Assembly (NCBI GenBank): GCA_902785275.1
Contig: CACZYB010000007.1
Coordinates: 1 to 49,502 of the forward strand
DNA length: 49,502 nt
DNA from: an uncultured Pseudomonadota bacterium
GTDB taxonomy: Bacteria > Pseudomonadota > Alphaproteobacteria > Rs-D84 > CACZYB01
Direction: 5' to 3'
Part shown: piece by piece, positions 1 through 9,995 of the stretch
Layout of the letters: every line of letters begins with the position of its first letter
How positions within the stretch are numbered: position 1 is the stretch's first letter
The notes under the pieces: generated by a model
What the model saw: the letters and a program-made list of their open reading frames with translations, nothing else
Told to the model about the DNA's origin: nothing
Databases searched by the model: none
Translations under genes and position numbers: made by a program

Positions 1-3000
1 TATCCGCACGGCCTTCGCTTGTAAATACTCGGTTATCAATGGATGCAGTGGCATCAAGAGCACCGGTTGTCATATCCTTTGTAATTTCTTGGGCTTTTGA
101 GGTATCACGGTTAAGACCTGTCAAATCAGAATCTCCAGCAACCTCAATTACCCCTTCACCTATTGTTGCGTAGGTAATTTGCTCCTTATCACTACCTGTA
201 TCCTTTAAAGTAAGAGATGTTTCTCCGTTTGGATGAAGGGTTGTTTTTTCCTTATCCGTTGAAAAACCAACTGATGTGGAAAAACCAAAACCATCTTCTT
301 TTGTTTTATCGAAATCGTGAATATCCTTGAATTCAAGTTCATTTGTTGCAAGGTGGAGGCTTTCACTTCCATCAATCATTGCACCAGTAAGTGAAGTTTT
401 TCCTGCTACATTTATATCAACATTCTTTCCAGTCAACTCAGTTATATCGTTGACCCAAGCACTATCATGATATGATGAAGAAGAATTTACACCAAAGCCA
501 GAAGAATTTTTACCCTTTGCATCACCTTCTACACCCACACCGCCAGAGGTGTTAAATCCAAAACTTTTACCTTTTGCATAATCAGTATCTTGTTTTGACT
601 CAAGAGATAAATTTCCACCAATTGAAGCAATAAGAGTTTCGTTTGCATTTACGTTGGCACCACTAAATTCTGCATCACTACCTGTTGCAATTAATATATT
701 ATTTGCATTTGTATTTGAGCTTGTAAAGTTTGTTCCATGGGCACGATTAGTTGATTTATCATATCCAACATTTGCTTGAACAGCATTGTTTCCGTATGAT
801 GCACCAGCAACAATATGTTCATCAGATGATGAAGATGAGTATGTATTTTCTCCCGCTAATACCTTTAATTTATTTAATACATTATAAGAAACTGTATCAT
901 TTGCAATAACATTCGAACCAATTTGATTTAAGTTATTATCTGCTGAATTATAAACATTTTCTCCTGAAATGTTACTTGCAACACTTTGCATAGATGTATA
1001 ATTATCAGTATGCTTATTTATATCATTATTTGAGGAAACAGATGCATACATGCCTGTTCCAAAACTTGAAGCAGCAGCTGTCGCAGCACCTGAAACACTT
1101 GACGCTAATCCAAGCTCTGCATTTGCCAAGTTAATCAATGCTAATGATAAATTATATTCTGCATCTTTAACAGCTTCATTACTTGCTTTTCCATTATTTC
1201 GAGCATCTTTTATTTTGTTAAGATTTTCTTTAGCATCACTTACAGCTTTAGTTGCATTATACAATTCTTTCGTTGCATTAACAGTATCCACATAACTATT
1301 TCCAACATTTGCTCCTGCAGAAACAGTTATATCTTTTCTTATATTTTCTTTGCTTACAGTATCATAATCATTCAAAATATTTATGTTATTACCTGGCTTT
1401 AAAGTTATATCTTGATTAGAATTAAGATTTGATGCCTTTATATTAATATCTTTTGTTACTCCAATTGTTAGATTACCTTCAACATTAAGGTTTGAAGATA
1501 CAACCTTATTTTCTGTTTTACTCTCTTCAGATGAATTCTTTTTTGCAATATCTACATTTGCACTTACTTTAGCATTTTTTACATCTACATCTAAACCAAC
1601 TGGAACACCCATAGATAATGCAGTAAGTTGTAATCCTGCATTTACAATACCATTTAATGCATTTGTTTTTTCGTGTTTTTCATAATGTTTAGATATTTCT
1701 GTATCATTAACTATATTAACATTAGCATCATTTTCTGTCTTTTCTACACCACTTTCTGTAAGTTTATAACCAGCAAGTAGGTTTGCATCACCACCAACAT
1801 CTATATCACTTGCTACAACATTTACATCTTTGTTTGATACTATATTTAAACCATCTTTTACAGTAACATTTGAACCTTTAAGTTGTTCATTTTCATCTAT
1901 AACAGTATCTTTTTTAGTATATAAACCTCCGAATTTGGATTTAGACGTCTTGTTGTAATTATATTCTCTATCCTTTACTGCTGTAATGTTTGTATTACCA
2001 CCTATATCAAGTAAAGCATCTTGTCCAACATTTATATTTGCTCCTGCAAAATTTGCATCATCTGTTGTTTTTAATGTGAAGTTTCCACCTACGTTAATTT
2101 CACTTTCTTCATTTTCAATAGTATCTGTAATCCTTGTCTTTGTTGAAGAAGATACAATTCTATCTTTAGTAGTTGTTTTTTCTTCTCTATTATGAAGCTG
2201 GATGGTATTAAATGTTGCAGTTCCTGCCTTAATATTTACATCTCCATCTTTACTTTCTATTTTTGCTACTCTATTAATTAAAGCATTATTTGCTTCTATA
2301 GATAATCCTTTTTCTCCACTGATATTTGCAATATTTCCTGCTATTTCAGTATGTTTCTTAAGTTCATATTTATCATCATAATCTGAACTTAATACTTTTG
2401 TTTGATTTACAAGATTATCAGACTTTATTTGGGTTATTTTACCCTCTATGTTGCCTGATAGGTTTGCAATATTTTTAGAATCTATTGTTGTTAATCTTTT
2501 AGATTTCATTGTTGCAACTTGATCATCATTGCTTTCATTTACAAGACTATTAGATTTTACAGAAAGAATATTGTTTGATGTAATGTTTCCATAGTTTACA
2601 ACGTAATCTGATTCAATACCTACATTAAAGCCACTAATTTTTGAACCATCATTGGAATCTATAGCATCCAACGTCGCTTGTGATAAATATAATTCTGGAA
2701 CAAGGACCTTTTCTCCATTAACTTCCTTTTCTACATACCAAATAATATCTTTTTTAAGATTTGTAATCTGACTTTTGTTCAATGCAATACCAACTTTTAA
2801 CCCTAAATCTTCTCTAACTTCTAATGCATTATCATAAAGTTGTTTCATTTGATCGGCATCACTACCAATACTTCCATCATTAGCAAGATAATGCTGTTGT
2901 GTAGATCTTACAATAGCATCCATAATTATCTTTGTTTCATAGGCTGGATCTCCAAGTATTTTAACGGTATCTATACCATCCAAAATATTACCTAATCCTT

Positions 3001-6000
3001 TAAAGAAATACCCACTTCCAATATAATTTTCCACATTTATAAAAGGGACATTATTTTCAATAAGATATTTTCCACCTTCAGAAACTTTAAATAATCCATT
3101 GTTTCCAACAGGAAGTTGTATATCTATTGAAACATGTTGTTTTTCTATTGATTTATTGGAAAGTGTGGCAACGATATCTCCGTTTGGATTAACGTCTTGA
3201 TCATTTTCTATTTGACTATCTGTCTTGATTGATAAATTACCACCTGAAAGTATTGTTGCTCTTTGTTTATTGTAAATACGCTTTTTAGCTGTTTCTGTCT
3301 TATTTTCATGGTGTTTACCAATTTTCAACTTTCTTCTTTTTATTCTTATTCTTTGAGAATTTACGGTAAAAGAAGCAATTTCACTTGTTGTAAGATTTTT
3401 TAATTTTTGAGCTTTTAGTATCATATCTCCTTTTGAGGATAGAATACTATTTTGATTTAAAATATTTCCTACTGCATTAAGAACAAGTTTTCCTCCTGAT
3501 ATAATGGATGAAGGTAAACTATTAAGATTTACACTTACAATTTCATCTTGACCAAGCACCCTCCAACCACAAGTCCAACTACACGCTTCATTTCTGATTT
3601 TATGATAACGTTTTGTTACAGCTTTATCTCCAGTATTATAATCAAATCCTTTATTTGTAATAGACTTTGCTGAAATTTCTATATTTCTTTTTGCTTCAAT
3701 TTGTCCTGCATAATTTACAAAATTATTTAAGAAATTATTGATAAATGGGTAATTATTTGCAAAGTTTTTAAAAGTATCTAATACATTATTATTTATAACA
3801 TTTGTGTTATTCAATACTACTTCTTCATCATTTGGATCACCTGCAGGAATAGATTCAGTATAAAAAATATTGTTGCCATTACTATCTTTTATAGTAAATT
3901 TATCATCTCCACTATAATTGTATATAGTTTTCTTAATTGTTTGAGGTATTCCATCACATTCATCATCTACACAAGTTTGATATGCAGGATTTGGAACATC
4001 AATTTCTGAAACCGTTTCTTCTCCAATAATAAAAGTGTATCCAGCATATTTAAAACTATCTCCTGCTTGTATATTATCGCCCATAACATCTGGAGGAATT
4101 TCTAAACTTTCACCATTTTCAAGGATTATAGTTAAATCTACATCTTCATCAGCAGGAGTATCTGTATATGTAAATGGAATATTAACAACAGTGGTATTTG
4201 GATCTGTTTCTGCATCTATATATGGATTATCATAAGTTTTATTTGTATCTAGTTCTTGATAATTGATATTTAGGTCATCACGACCTTCAATAATCAAATC
4301 TCTTCCAGCATAAATATCAGCCTTGTAATTAACAAGATTATTTGCAATATAAAGGTGCATATCATTACCGGCTAAAATACCTGAACCACGATAATTTATA
4401 AGATCATTACCTATATATAAATCCATATCATAGTTTGAAAGTAACTGACCATAGTTATTAAGATTTAATGCACTTATAAAAAGATTATTGCCTGTATTTA
4501 TTTTTCCAACATTCTCTAGGTTATTATTTGTTATTATATCTAAATCATTATAAGCCAACAAGTAAGCATTTTGTTTATTAAAGATATTTCCTAATACATT
4601 TAATTCAAAATCGTTTTTAGATGCTACAGTAGAATAATTTGTTAAACTACCATTTATTCCAATATAAAGGTTGCTATCAGACACTATATTTGCAGAATTT
4701 ATAAAGTTACCACCAGTAGTAATATATAAGTCTTTTTTAGAATTTATATTTCCTTTTTTATTATCAAAATTTTGTTTTACTAATAATTCAATATCATCAT
4801 TTGAAATTATATTTGATTCATTTAAAAAATTTCCGTCTGTTGAAATATATAAAGATTTTTCTGATAACAAAGAAGAACTTTCATAATTTGAAAAATCTTC
4901 TTTAATTTTTAATTCCGTAATTTCATTAGATTTTATTTGATTATAATTAGATAAATTTTTTGCAGATATATTAAGATTTTTATTTGAATTAATTTCCCCA
5001 GAATTATTTAGATTTCCATTAATATTTATGTCTAAATCATTGTCTGATTTTAATAAAGATGTATTTCCTAAAATAAAATCACTTGTAGACTGTATAGTTA
5101 AATAATTTTTAGAAACTATATTTGCATTATTTTCTATATTTTTATTAGATGAAATAAAAAGATTATTTCCAGATATCAATAATCCATTTGAATTTTTAAA
5201 ATCTTTTTCCGAATATAATTCTAAATCATTAACTGCTGAAATATTAAGTTTGTTTTCTAAATTTCCTTTACTTGAAATATATAAATCATTATCAGATGTA
5301 ATATTTGAATTATTTACAAAATTATTTCCCGCAATTAAAAATATATCATTTGAAGTAATTTTGTTTCCAAGTAATGAAATATCTTTTTCTGAATTTAATA
5401 AAATAGAATTATTTGCTATTACTTTACCTTCGGTAATGGTAGAAAGATTTTCTTTAGAGTTTGCAATAATATTATTTTGAGCAACAATATTTTTTAATTT
5501 AATTTCGCCATTTGATGTAATTTCAATATTACCAGCATCTGCGATAACATCACCTCCAAGGTTTACTCCAAATCCATTTTGTGTAGCAATCACAAAAATA
5601 TTACCAGCTTTCATTCCTCCAATAGAAGAAACATCAATAGCAACTTCTGAATTTATATTGTTATTTGATGAAATTTCTTGTGTATTCCAATCATATTTAT
5701 CATTTCCTGATAAAACTTTTAAATCTCCATATATAGAAACATCCCCTGAAATTTTTATTGCATTGGATACAAGTTCTGCTGAGCTTGGAGCATAAAGCCC
5801 AAAATTTTCAACACCAACACCATTGATACGTAATTCTGCATTAGGTGAAATTCTAAAACTTTCTATATTCCCATTTACGATATTAGAACTACCTGTTACT
5901 AAGGATAATCTTGTTGTATTTATAAAACCACAACCATTACAAGTTATACCATTTGGATTTGCAACAACATAATCTGCTGGATGTCCATAAATTTCGGTAT

Positions 6001-6421
6001 AACCATTCATTGTTGTTTTGGAATTTGAAACAACTTCATTTAAAATAATTTTTGCATAATCTCCATCACGAAAATTTGGATTAAATTCAACATGCTGATT
6101 TGTTAGTGCTGACTTATAGGTAATGTTGTAATCTTGCAAATTAAGGTTGTTTACAATTAAACCTTCTGTTCCAACATTAAAGTCATTGAATTTGTTAACA
6201 GATACACCAGTAGCAGTTGGTTTTGTGATATTAAGAACAGGCGTATTATTTGATGGAATTCCTAATGTTGCATTATTGGAAACTGGATTAATTGGTAATG
6301 TTTGAGCAAATACAGGAAAAGAAAATAAAGGTGAAAAAATTAAATAAAATGAAAAATAAAAAACTAAACTCCCGCAAAACCTTTTCTTAACTGTCTGGAA
6401 GATTTTGCTATTTTTTGACAT
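1..6421 (-). CDS. Filamentous haemagglutinin / CdiA-like two-partner secretion (TpsA) exoprotein, 3'-partial (>2100 aa)
   Basis: Manual translation from ATG at 6421 (RBS AAAGGTG): signal peptide MSKNSKIF...FPVFA, TPS domain (PVLNITKP, SVNKFNDFNV, IILNEV, ANPNGITCNGCGFIN), beta-helix repeats, DIIWYVEKEVNGEKVLVPELYL motif, and LNRDTSKAQEITKD at the edge. The same frame was verified at 6421, 4380-3540 and 120-2. The ORF track lists no closed ORF in this frame, consistent with an open frame to the edge. Confidence 0.93.
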   Translation of the reverse strand, partial: MSKNSKIFQTVKKRFCGSLVFYFSFYLIFSPLFSFPVFAQTLPINPVSNNATLGIPSNNTPVLNITKPTATGVSVNKFNDFNVGTEGLIVNNLNLQDYNITYKSALTNQHVEFNPNFRDGDYAKIILNEVVSNSKTTMNGYTEIYGHPADYVVANPNGITCNGCGFINTTRLSLVTGSSNIVNGNIESFRISPNAELRINGVGVENFGLYAPSSAELVSNAIKISGDVSIYGDLKVLSGNDKYDWNTQEISSNNNINSEVAIDVSSIGGMKAGNIFVIATQNGFGVNLGGDVIADAGNIEITSNGEIKLKNIVAQNNIIANSKENLSTITEGKVIANNSILLNSEKDISLLGNKITSNDIFLIAGNNFVNNSNITSDNDLYISSKGNLENKLNISAVNDLELYSEKDFKNSNGLLISGNNLFISSNKNIENNANIVSKNYLTIQSTSDFILGNTSLLKSDNDLDININGNLNNSGEINSNKNLNISAKNLSNYNQIKSNEITELKIKEDFSNYESSSLLSEKSLYISTDGNFLNESNIISNDDIELLVKQNFDNKKGNINSKKDLYITTGGNFINSANIVSDSNLYIGINGSLTNYSTVASKNDFELNVLGNIFNKQNAYLLAYNDLDIITNNNLENVGKINTGNNLFISALNLNNYGQLLSNYDMDLYIGNDLINYRGSGILAGNDMHLYIANNLVNYKADIYAGRDLIIEGRDDLNINYQELDTNKTYDNPYIDAETDPNTTVVNIPFTYTDTPADEDVDLTIILENGESLEIPPDVMGDNIQAGDSFKYAGYTFIIGEETVSEIDVPNPAYQTCVDDECDGIPQTIKKTIYNYSGDDKFTIKDSNGNNIFYTESIPAGDPNDEEVVLNNTNVINNNVLDTFKNFANNYPFINNFLNNFVNYAGQIEAKRNIEISAKSITNKGFDYNTGDKAVTKRYHKIRNEACSWTCGWRVLGQDEIVSVNLNSLPSSIISGGKLVLNAVGNILNQNSILSSKGDMILKAQKLKNLTTSEIASFTVNSQRIRIKRRKLKIGKHHENKTETAKKRIYNKQRATILSGGNLSIKTDSQIENDQDVNPNGDIVATLSNKSIEKQHVSIDIQLPVGNNGLFKVSEGGKYLIENNVPFINVENYIGSGYFFKGLGNILDGIDTVKILGDPAYETKIIMDAIVRSTQQHYLANDGSIGSDADQMKQLYDNALEVREDLGLKVGIALNKSQITNLKKDIIWYVEKEVNGEKVLVPELYLSQATLDAIDSNDGSKISGFNVGIESDYVVNYGNITSNNILSVKSNSLVNESNDDQVATMKSKRLTTIDSKNIANLSGNIEGKITQIKSDNLVNQTKVLSSDYDDKYELKKHTEIAGNIANISGEKGLSIEANNALINRVAKIESKDGDVNIKAGTATFNTIQLHNREEKTTTKDRIVSSSTKTRITDTIENEESEINVGGNFTLKTTDDANFAGANINVGQDALLDIGGNTNITAVKDREYNYNKTSKSKFGGLYTKKDTVIDENEQLKGSNVTVKDGLNIVSNKDVNVVASDIDVGGDANLLAGYKLTESGVEKTENDANVNIVNDTEISKHYEKHEKTNALNGIVNAGLQLTALSMGVPVGLDVDVKNAKVSANVDIAKKNSSEESKTENKVVSSNLNVEGNLTIGVTKDINIKASNLNSNQDITLKPGNNINILNDYDTVSKENIRKDITVSAGANVGNSYVDTVNATKELYNATKAVSDAKENLNKIKDARNNGKASNEAVKDAEYNLSLALINLANAELGLASSVSGAATAAASSFGTGMYASVSSNNDINKHTDNYTSMQSVASNISGENVYNSADNNLNQIGSNVIANDTVSYNVLNKLKVLAGENTYSSSSSDEHIVAGASYGNNAVQANVGYDKSTNRAHGTNFTSSNTNANNILIATGSDAEFSGANVNANETLIASIGGNLSLESKQDTDYAKGKSFGFNTSGGVGVEGDAKGKNSSGFGVNSSSSYHDSAWVNDITELTGKNVDINVAGKTSLTGAMIDGSESLHLATNELEFKDIHDFDKTKEDGFGFSTSVGFSTDKEKTTLHPNGETSLTLKDTGSDKEQITYATIGEGVIEVAGDSDLTGLNRDTSKAQEITKDMTTGALDATASIDNRVFTSEGRAD

Positions 6422-6453
6422 AACACACCTTTATCGTCATTAATATGTTTCGG

Positions 6454-6482
6454 AATTTAGCATTATTTATTTGATTTTGCAA
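6454..6482 (-). promoter_or_regulatory. Putative sigma70 promoter of the TpsA gene
   Basis: TTGCAA-17 nt-TAAATT with TGn extension, 33 nt upstream of the ATG. Confidence 0.55.
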
Positions 6483-6600
6483 GTAAATTTTGAATATTTT
6501 CCTTTTAAACTATCCCTTTATTAATAAAATAAAAATTATTATAATTTACATTATCAGAAAATACTCTACGTTACAGCGGAAAACTAAGGTTTAAAAAGTT

Positions 6601-6633
6601 CAACTAGTATAAATCGCTACTGGTTGTTTTTTT
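6601..6633 (+). terminator. Terminator-like hairpin with no annotated upstream + strand gene
   Basis: CAACTAGTA-8 nt-TACTGGTTG (9 bp, one G-U) followed by a T run. Confidence 0.45.
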
Positions 6634-6815
6634 CACAAATTTTCTAACATACCCAAAGTTATAAAATCTAGTATTTTCAAACAGATAGCCGGACCCACTG
6701 TTAAACCATAGATAATAGAGAGAGAAAACATCGAAATTCCTAGAAATAAAAAATATATTATAATATAGAGAAATCTGTATTCCCTCAACACTTGGCAAAA
6801 TCTGGCCTTTAAGAA

Positions 6816-6845
6816 TAAAGAAAAAGGCTCCCTTTCGGAAGCCTT
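6816..6845 (-). terminator. Intrinsic terminator after the tRNA
   Basis: Minus strand AAGGCTTCC-GAAA-GGGAGCCTT then TTTCTTT. Confidence 0.85.
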
Positions 6846-6853
6846 CCTGATTT

Positions 6854-6930
6854 TGGTGGCGCCCCCCAGACTCGAACTGGGGACCTGCGGATTATGATTC
6901 CGTCGCTCTAACCAACTGAGCTAGGGCGCC
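6854..6930 (-). tRNA. tRNA-Met(CAT), most likely elongator
   Basis: GGCGCCC acceptor stem, D arm GCTC/GAGC, anticodon loop ATCATAA, TTCGAGT T loop, encoded CCA. G1-C72 is paired and there is no GGG/CCC anticodon stem, so not initiator. A27-C43 mismatch; Ile2 not formally excluded. Confidence 0.93.
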
Positions 6931-6942
6931 CAAGATTGCTTT

Positions 6943-6971
6943 ATAATACAATATTCCGTTTTGAATGTCAA
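6943..6971 (-). promoter_or_regulatory. sigma70 promoter of the tRNA
   Basis: TTGACA-17 nt-TATTAT just upstream of the tRNA 5' end. Confidence 0.7.
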
Positions 6972-7007
6972 TATAATTTGATATTTTATTTATAAAAAAA
7001 CTTTTAA

Positions 7008-7748
7008 CTAAGCATTTTTCCTTTTATAAAAATTGAATTTTTCTAAAATTTTATTCGGAATTTTTGTTTCATAAATTTCCCCAGGTTTAAGATTTCTTAA
7101 CTCCAATCCCGCATAGGAAATTCTAATAAGTCTATTAACCTGATACCCTAAACTTTCCATTGTACGTCTTATTTCTCTGTTTTTTCCTTCATGAAGCTTC
7201 ACAATAACCCAAGAATTTGATGTCTGTTTTCTTTCCGGTGTAACATCAATACTTTTGTACCTTACACCATCAACAGTTATACCATTCTTAAGTTTTGAAA
7301 TATCTTCTTTAGTAATGTTTCCACGAATTCTAACACGATATACACGCTCAAATTCATTGGCTGGACTTTCCATAAATCTTTGAAATTCACCATCATTTGT
7401 AAGAAGAAGCAAACCTTCGGAATTCAAATCCAACCTACCAATAGAAAGAAGTCGCCCATATTCTTTTGGTATTGATTCGAAAACAGTTTTTCTCCCCTGC
7501 CCATCCCTGTGAGAAGTAATAAGTCCAACCGGCTTATAATAAATAAAAAGCTTTGTTTCATCGAATTGAGTAATAGGTTTTCCATCAACCAAAATAGCAT
7601 CACCATCCGATACATTAAGTGCAGGACTTTCAATAACTTGTCCATTAACACAAACCTGTCCTGCCAAAATTTTTCGTTCTGCATCACGTCTGGAGCAAAG
7701 GCCACTTCTGGCAATAACTTTTGCAATACGATTTGATTCTTTTTCCAT
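7008..7748 (-). CDS. rluB: 23S rRNA pseudouridine synthase (RluB/RsuA family)
   Basis: S4 domain (RIAKVIARSGLCSRRDAE), catalytic GRLDLNSEGLLLLTNDG, EGKNREIRR. Confidence 0.88.
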   Translation of the reverse strand: MEKESNRIAKVIARSGLCSRRDAERKILAGQVCVNGQVIESPALNVSDGDAILVDGKPITQFDETKLFIYYKPVGLITSHRDGQGRKTVFESIPKEYGRLLSIGRLDLNSEGLLLLTNDGEFQRFMESPANEFERVYRVRIRGNITKEDISKLKNGITVDGVRYKSIDVTPERKQTSNSWVIVKLHEGKNREIRRTMESLGYQVNRLIRISYAGLELRNLKPGEIYETKIPNKILEKFNFYKRKNA

Positions 7749-7750
7749 AA

Positions 7751-8785
7751 CTAAATCCTTTTATTTACAACCGAGCAAATCATAAACATAAGTTGAGATA
7801 AAATAGTTTCCTGAGGAGCATTTGCTGACTTGCACCTTATATCTGCATCATTCATTTCCGAAATTACACGCATAATTTTTTCAGTCGTCCAAAAATGAAG
7901 CTGTCTTTCATAACTTGGTTTAAGTTTATAAAAAATTGGTGGTCGAGAATTTTCAATAACATCAGAAATACTTTTTCCACTTTCAATCTCACTTGCCATA
8001 TAGTAAAGGGCTTTAAAATGATTCATCACCATTTTCAAAAGCTGCACTGGATAATTTCCCTCTGATAAAAGTCGTGGCAAAATCATCGCCAATTTTTTAT
8101 AGTTTCCCTCTGCCACAGACAAAGGTAAATCCTGTAAATTCAAACTTGATGAATCCATAACACACTTTTCTGCATCATCAATAGTAATTTCCGTTTTTCC
8201 ATAAAGATAAAGCGAAATTTTTTCCAATTCCATACGTGTAGTTGCCCTGTTTTCACCAAGACGCGAATGCAAGAATAAAAGCACTTCATCCGGAATACGT
8301 TTTATCCCTGCCTTTTGTAAAGTCTGTCTAATAAGTTGAGAAAGATTTTCCCCATCATCAATATAGTTTGGTAAAACAGCTAATCTTTTATTTGTTTCAA
8401 ACAAAGATCTTAACTTTGAACTTGGAGCAAGCTCATCCGCAGAAAGTAATAAAAACGCTTCCAACTTTTCATAATTTTTAAGAAGCTCTTTTATAACTTC
8501 TGCCACATCATCGGTTGCATCCTTAATTTTTATAACTTTACGCGCACCTAAAAAAGAAATTGCCGTAGCTTCATCAATAAGTTTTGATGCATCTGACTTT
8601 ATATCACTACTGGAAAACTCAAACACAGAAAATCCATCATCCACTTCTGGAGCAATAGTTTCAAGCGCAATATTAAAATTTTCCAAAACTTGCCCACGAT
8701 CAGGACCATAAAAAAGCATCCCATCAAAGTTAGAAAACTTATTTCTCTTTTCGCTATTAAAATCCGCAAGCTTAAACTTTACCAT
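7751..8785 (-). CDS. holA: DNA polymerase III delta subunit
   Basis: LFYGPDRG N-terminus, ELEKISLY, RPPIFYK; directly downstream of lptE. Confidence 0.9.
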   Translation of the reverse strand: MVKFKLADFNSEKRNKFSNFDGMLFYGPDRGQVLENFNIALETIAPEVDDGFSVFEFSSSDIKSDASKLIDEATAISFLGARKVIKIKDATDDVAEVIKELLKNYEKLEAFLLLSADELAPSSKLRSLFETNKRLAVLPNYIDDGENLSQLIRQTLQKAGIKRIPDEVLLFLHSRLGENRATTRMELEKISLYLYGKTEITIDDAEKCVMDSSSLNLQDLPLSVAEGNYKKLAMILPRLLSEGNYPVQLLKMVMNHFKALYYMASEIESGKSISDVIENSRPPIFYKLKPSYERQLHFWTTEKIMRVISEMNDADIRCKSANAPQETILSQLMFMICSVVNKRI

Positions 8786-8786
8786 A

Positions 8787-9293
8787 CTACTTCTCTGTAA
8801 AATAAGTTATTATTGCAAAATATATCTGATTTGATAAATCTTCTATGGAAAGTTTTATTGCATTTTTTTTCAACATTTCGGTAGAAAATTGATTTTTCAA
8901 AAGGTTATATGGGGATGAAGTACTTACAGATTTATTAAATATAACATCTGCACTTCCCTTTCGTTTAAAAGTATATTTTGCACTCATACTAACAAGTCGT
9001 GATGATGCAACACCATTTGGCTTTATTGTATAATCAGAAATCCTTGGTTCAGACAAAGTAATATCCAAAATATAAACTGGATTTTCTGGCTTTCCCATAG
9101 GTGTAAGTTTATTAAGCAAACTGTTTCTTAATTCCACACCATACTGTCCATCAAAGCCACTAACCGGAGCAATAGAAATTTCCGAAGTCTTCTTTGATAA
9201 ATCATTATATGGGGTTTCCTTATACATCGGTTTAAACCCACAAGATGCAAGACACAAAAATAAAAACAAATTTTTAGTAAAATTCTTAAACAT
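8787..9293 (-). CDS. lptE: LPS assembly lipoprotein LptE
   Basis: Lipobox LASC followed by GFKPMY; position before holA. Start moved to ATG 9293, overlapping the aroK stop. Confidence 0.8.
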   Translation of the reverse strand: MFKNFTKNLFLFLCLASCGFKPMYKETPYNDLSKKTSEISIAPVSGFDGQYGVELRNSLLNKLTPMGKPENPVYILDITLSEPRISDYTIKPNGVASSRLVSMSAKYTFKRKGSADVIFNKSVSTSSPYNLLKNQFSTEMLKKNAIKLSIEDLSNQIYFAIITYFTEK

Positions 9294-9846
9294 TTTTTTC
9301 TCCATTACACAAATAATCATACAAAGCCCTTAAAACATTTTGTGTTGTTTTATAGGTTGGCTCATCCTTTGTTTCAACAGTAATATCCGCATTTGCATAA
9401 ATAGGATATCTTTCATCAATAAGCTTTTGCAAAATCTTTGTTGAATCATAATTTAAAAGCAATGGACGTGTATCCTTAAAGCTGGTTCTTTTTACCAAAA
9501 GTTCCAAATCTGCCTTAAGCCATATTGTAATTGCCTTTTCCTTTGTAAGCTTTCGAACATCATCAATAATAAACGCCCCCTCACCTGTTGATAAAACCTT
9601 TATTTTATTATCAGAAAGGATTCTATTTATCACCCTGTCTTCAACACGACGAAATTCGCTTTCTCCGTATATTGAAAATATATCGACGACAGAACATCCA
9701 GCAGACTTTACAATCTCACTATCCGAGTCAATAAATAAAAGATTAAGCTTCTTTGCCATCATCTTTCCAACCGATGTTTTCCCAGCCCCCATAAGACCAA
9801 CAATAACAATCGGCTTTTTAAGTTTTTCTTTTATCTCTGCAATCAT
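9286..9846 (-). CDS. aroK: Shikimate kinase
   Basis: GLMGAGKT P-loop, DSD, GESEFR, STGEG, RPLL, ERYPIY; likely start MIAEIK at 9846. Confidence 0.92.
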   Translation of the reverse strand: MIAEIKEKLKKPIVIVGLMGAGKTSVGKMMAKKLNLLFIDSDSEIVKSAGCSVVDIFSIYGESEFRRVEDRVINRILSDNKIKVLSTGEGAFIIDDVRKLTKEKAITIWLKADLELLVKRTSFKDTRPLLLNYDSTKILQKLIDERYPIYANADITVETKDEPTYKTTQNVLRALYDYLCNGEKNV

Positions 9847-9995
9847 AATCAATCCTAATAACTTTTTTCTTATATTTATAACATTATAAAACAAGTTTTA
9901 AAACAAAAAATTACATTTTTTACCAAATAAAATAAAGATTTACAAAAAAAACTTTTTGTGCTAAAATTACATCATAAAAACAAAAGGATGAAATT

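Noticed and set aside
1050-5480. Five short + strand ORFs
   Set aside because: Antisense shadows of the TpsA gene.
6604-6798. 64-aa minus-strand ORF after the tRNA
   Set aside because: TTG start, no RBS, no motif; lies behind the tRNA terminator.
6422-6930. tRNA as integration site for a TpsA island
   Set aside because: No integrase or duplicated tRNA 3' end in the window, and the native terminator abuts the tRNA; cannot be excluded beyond the left edge.
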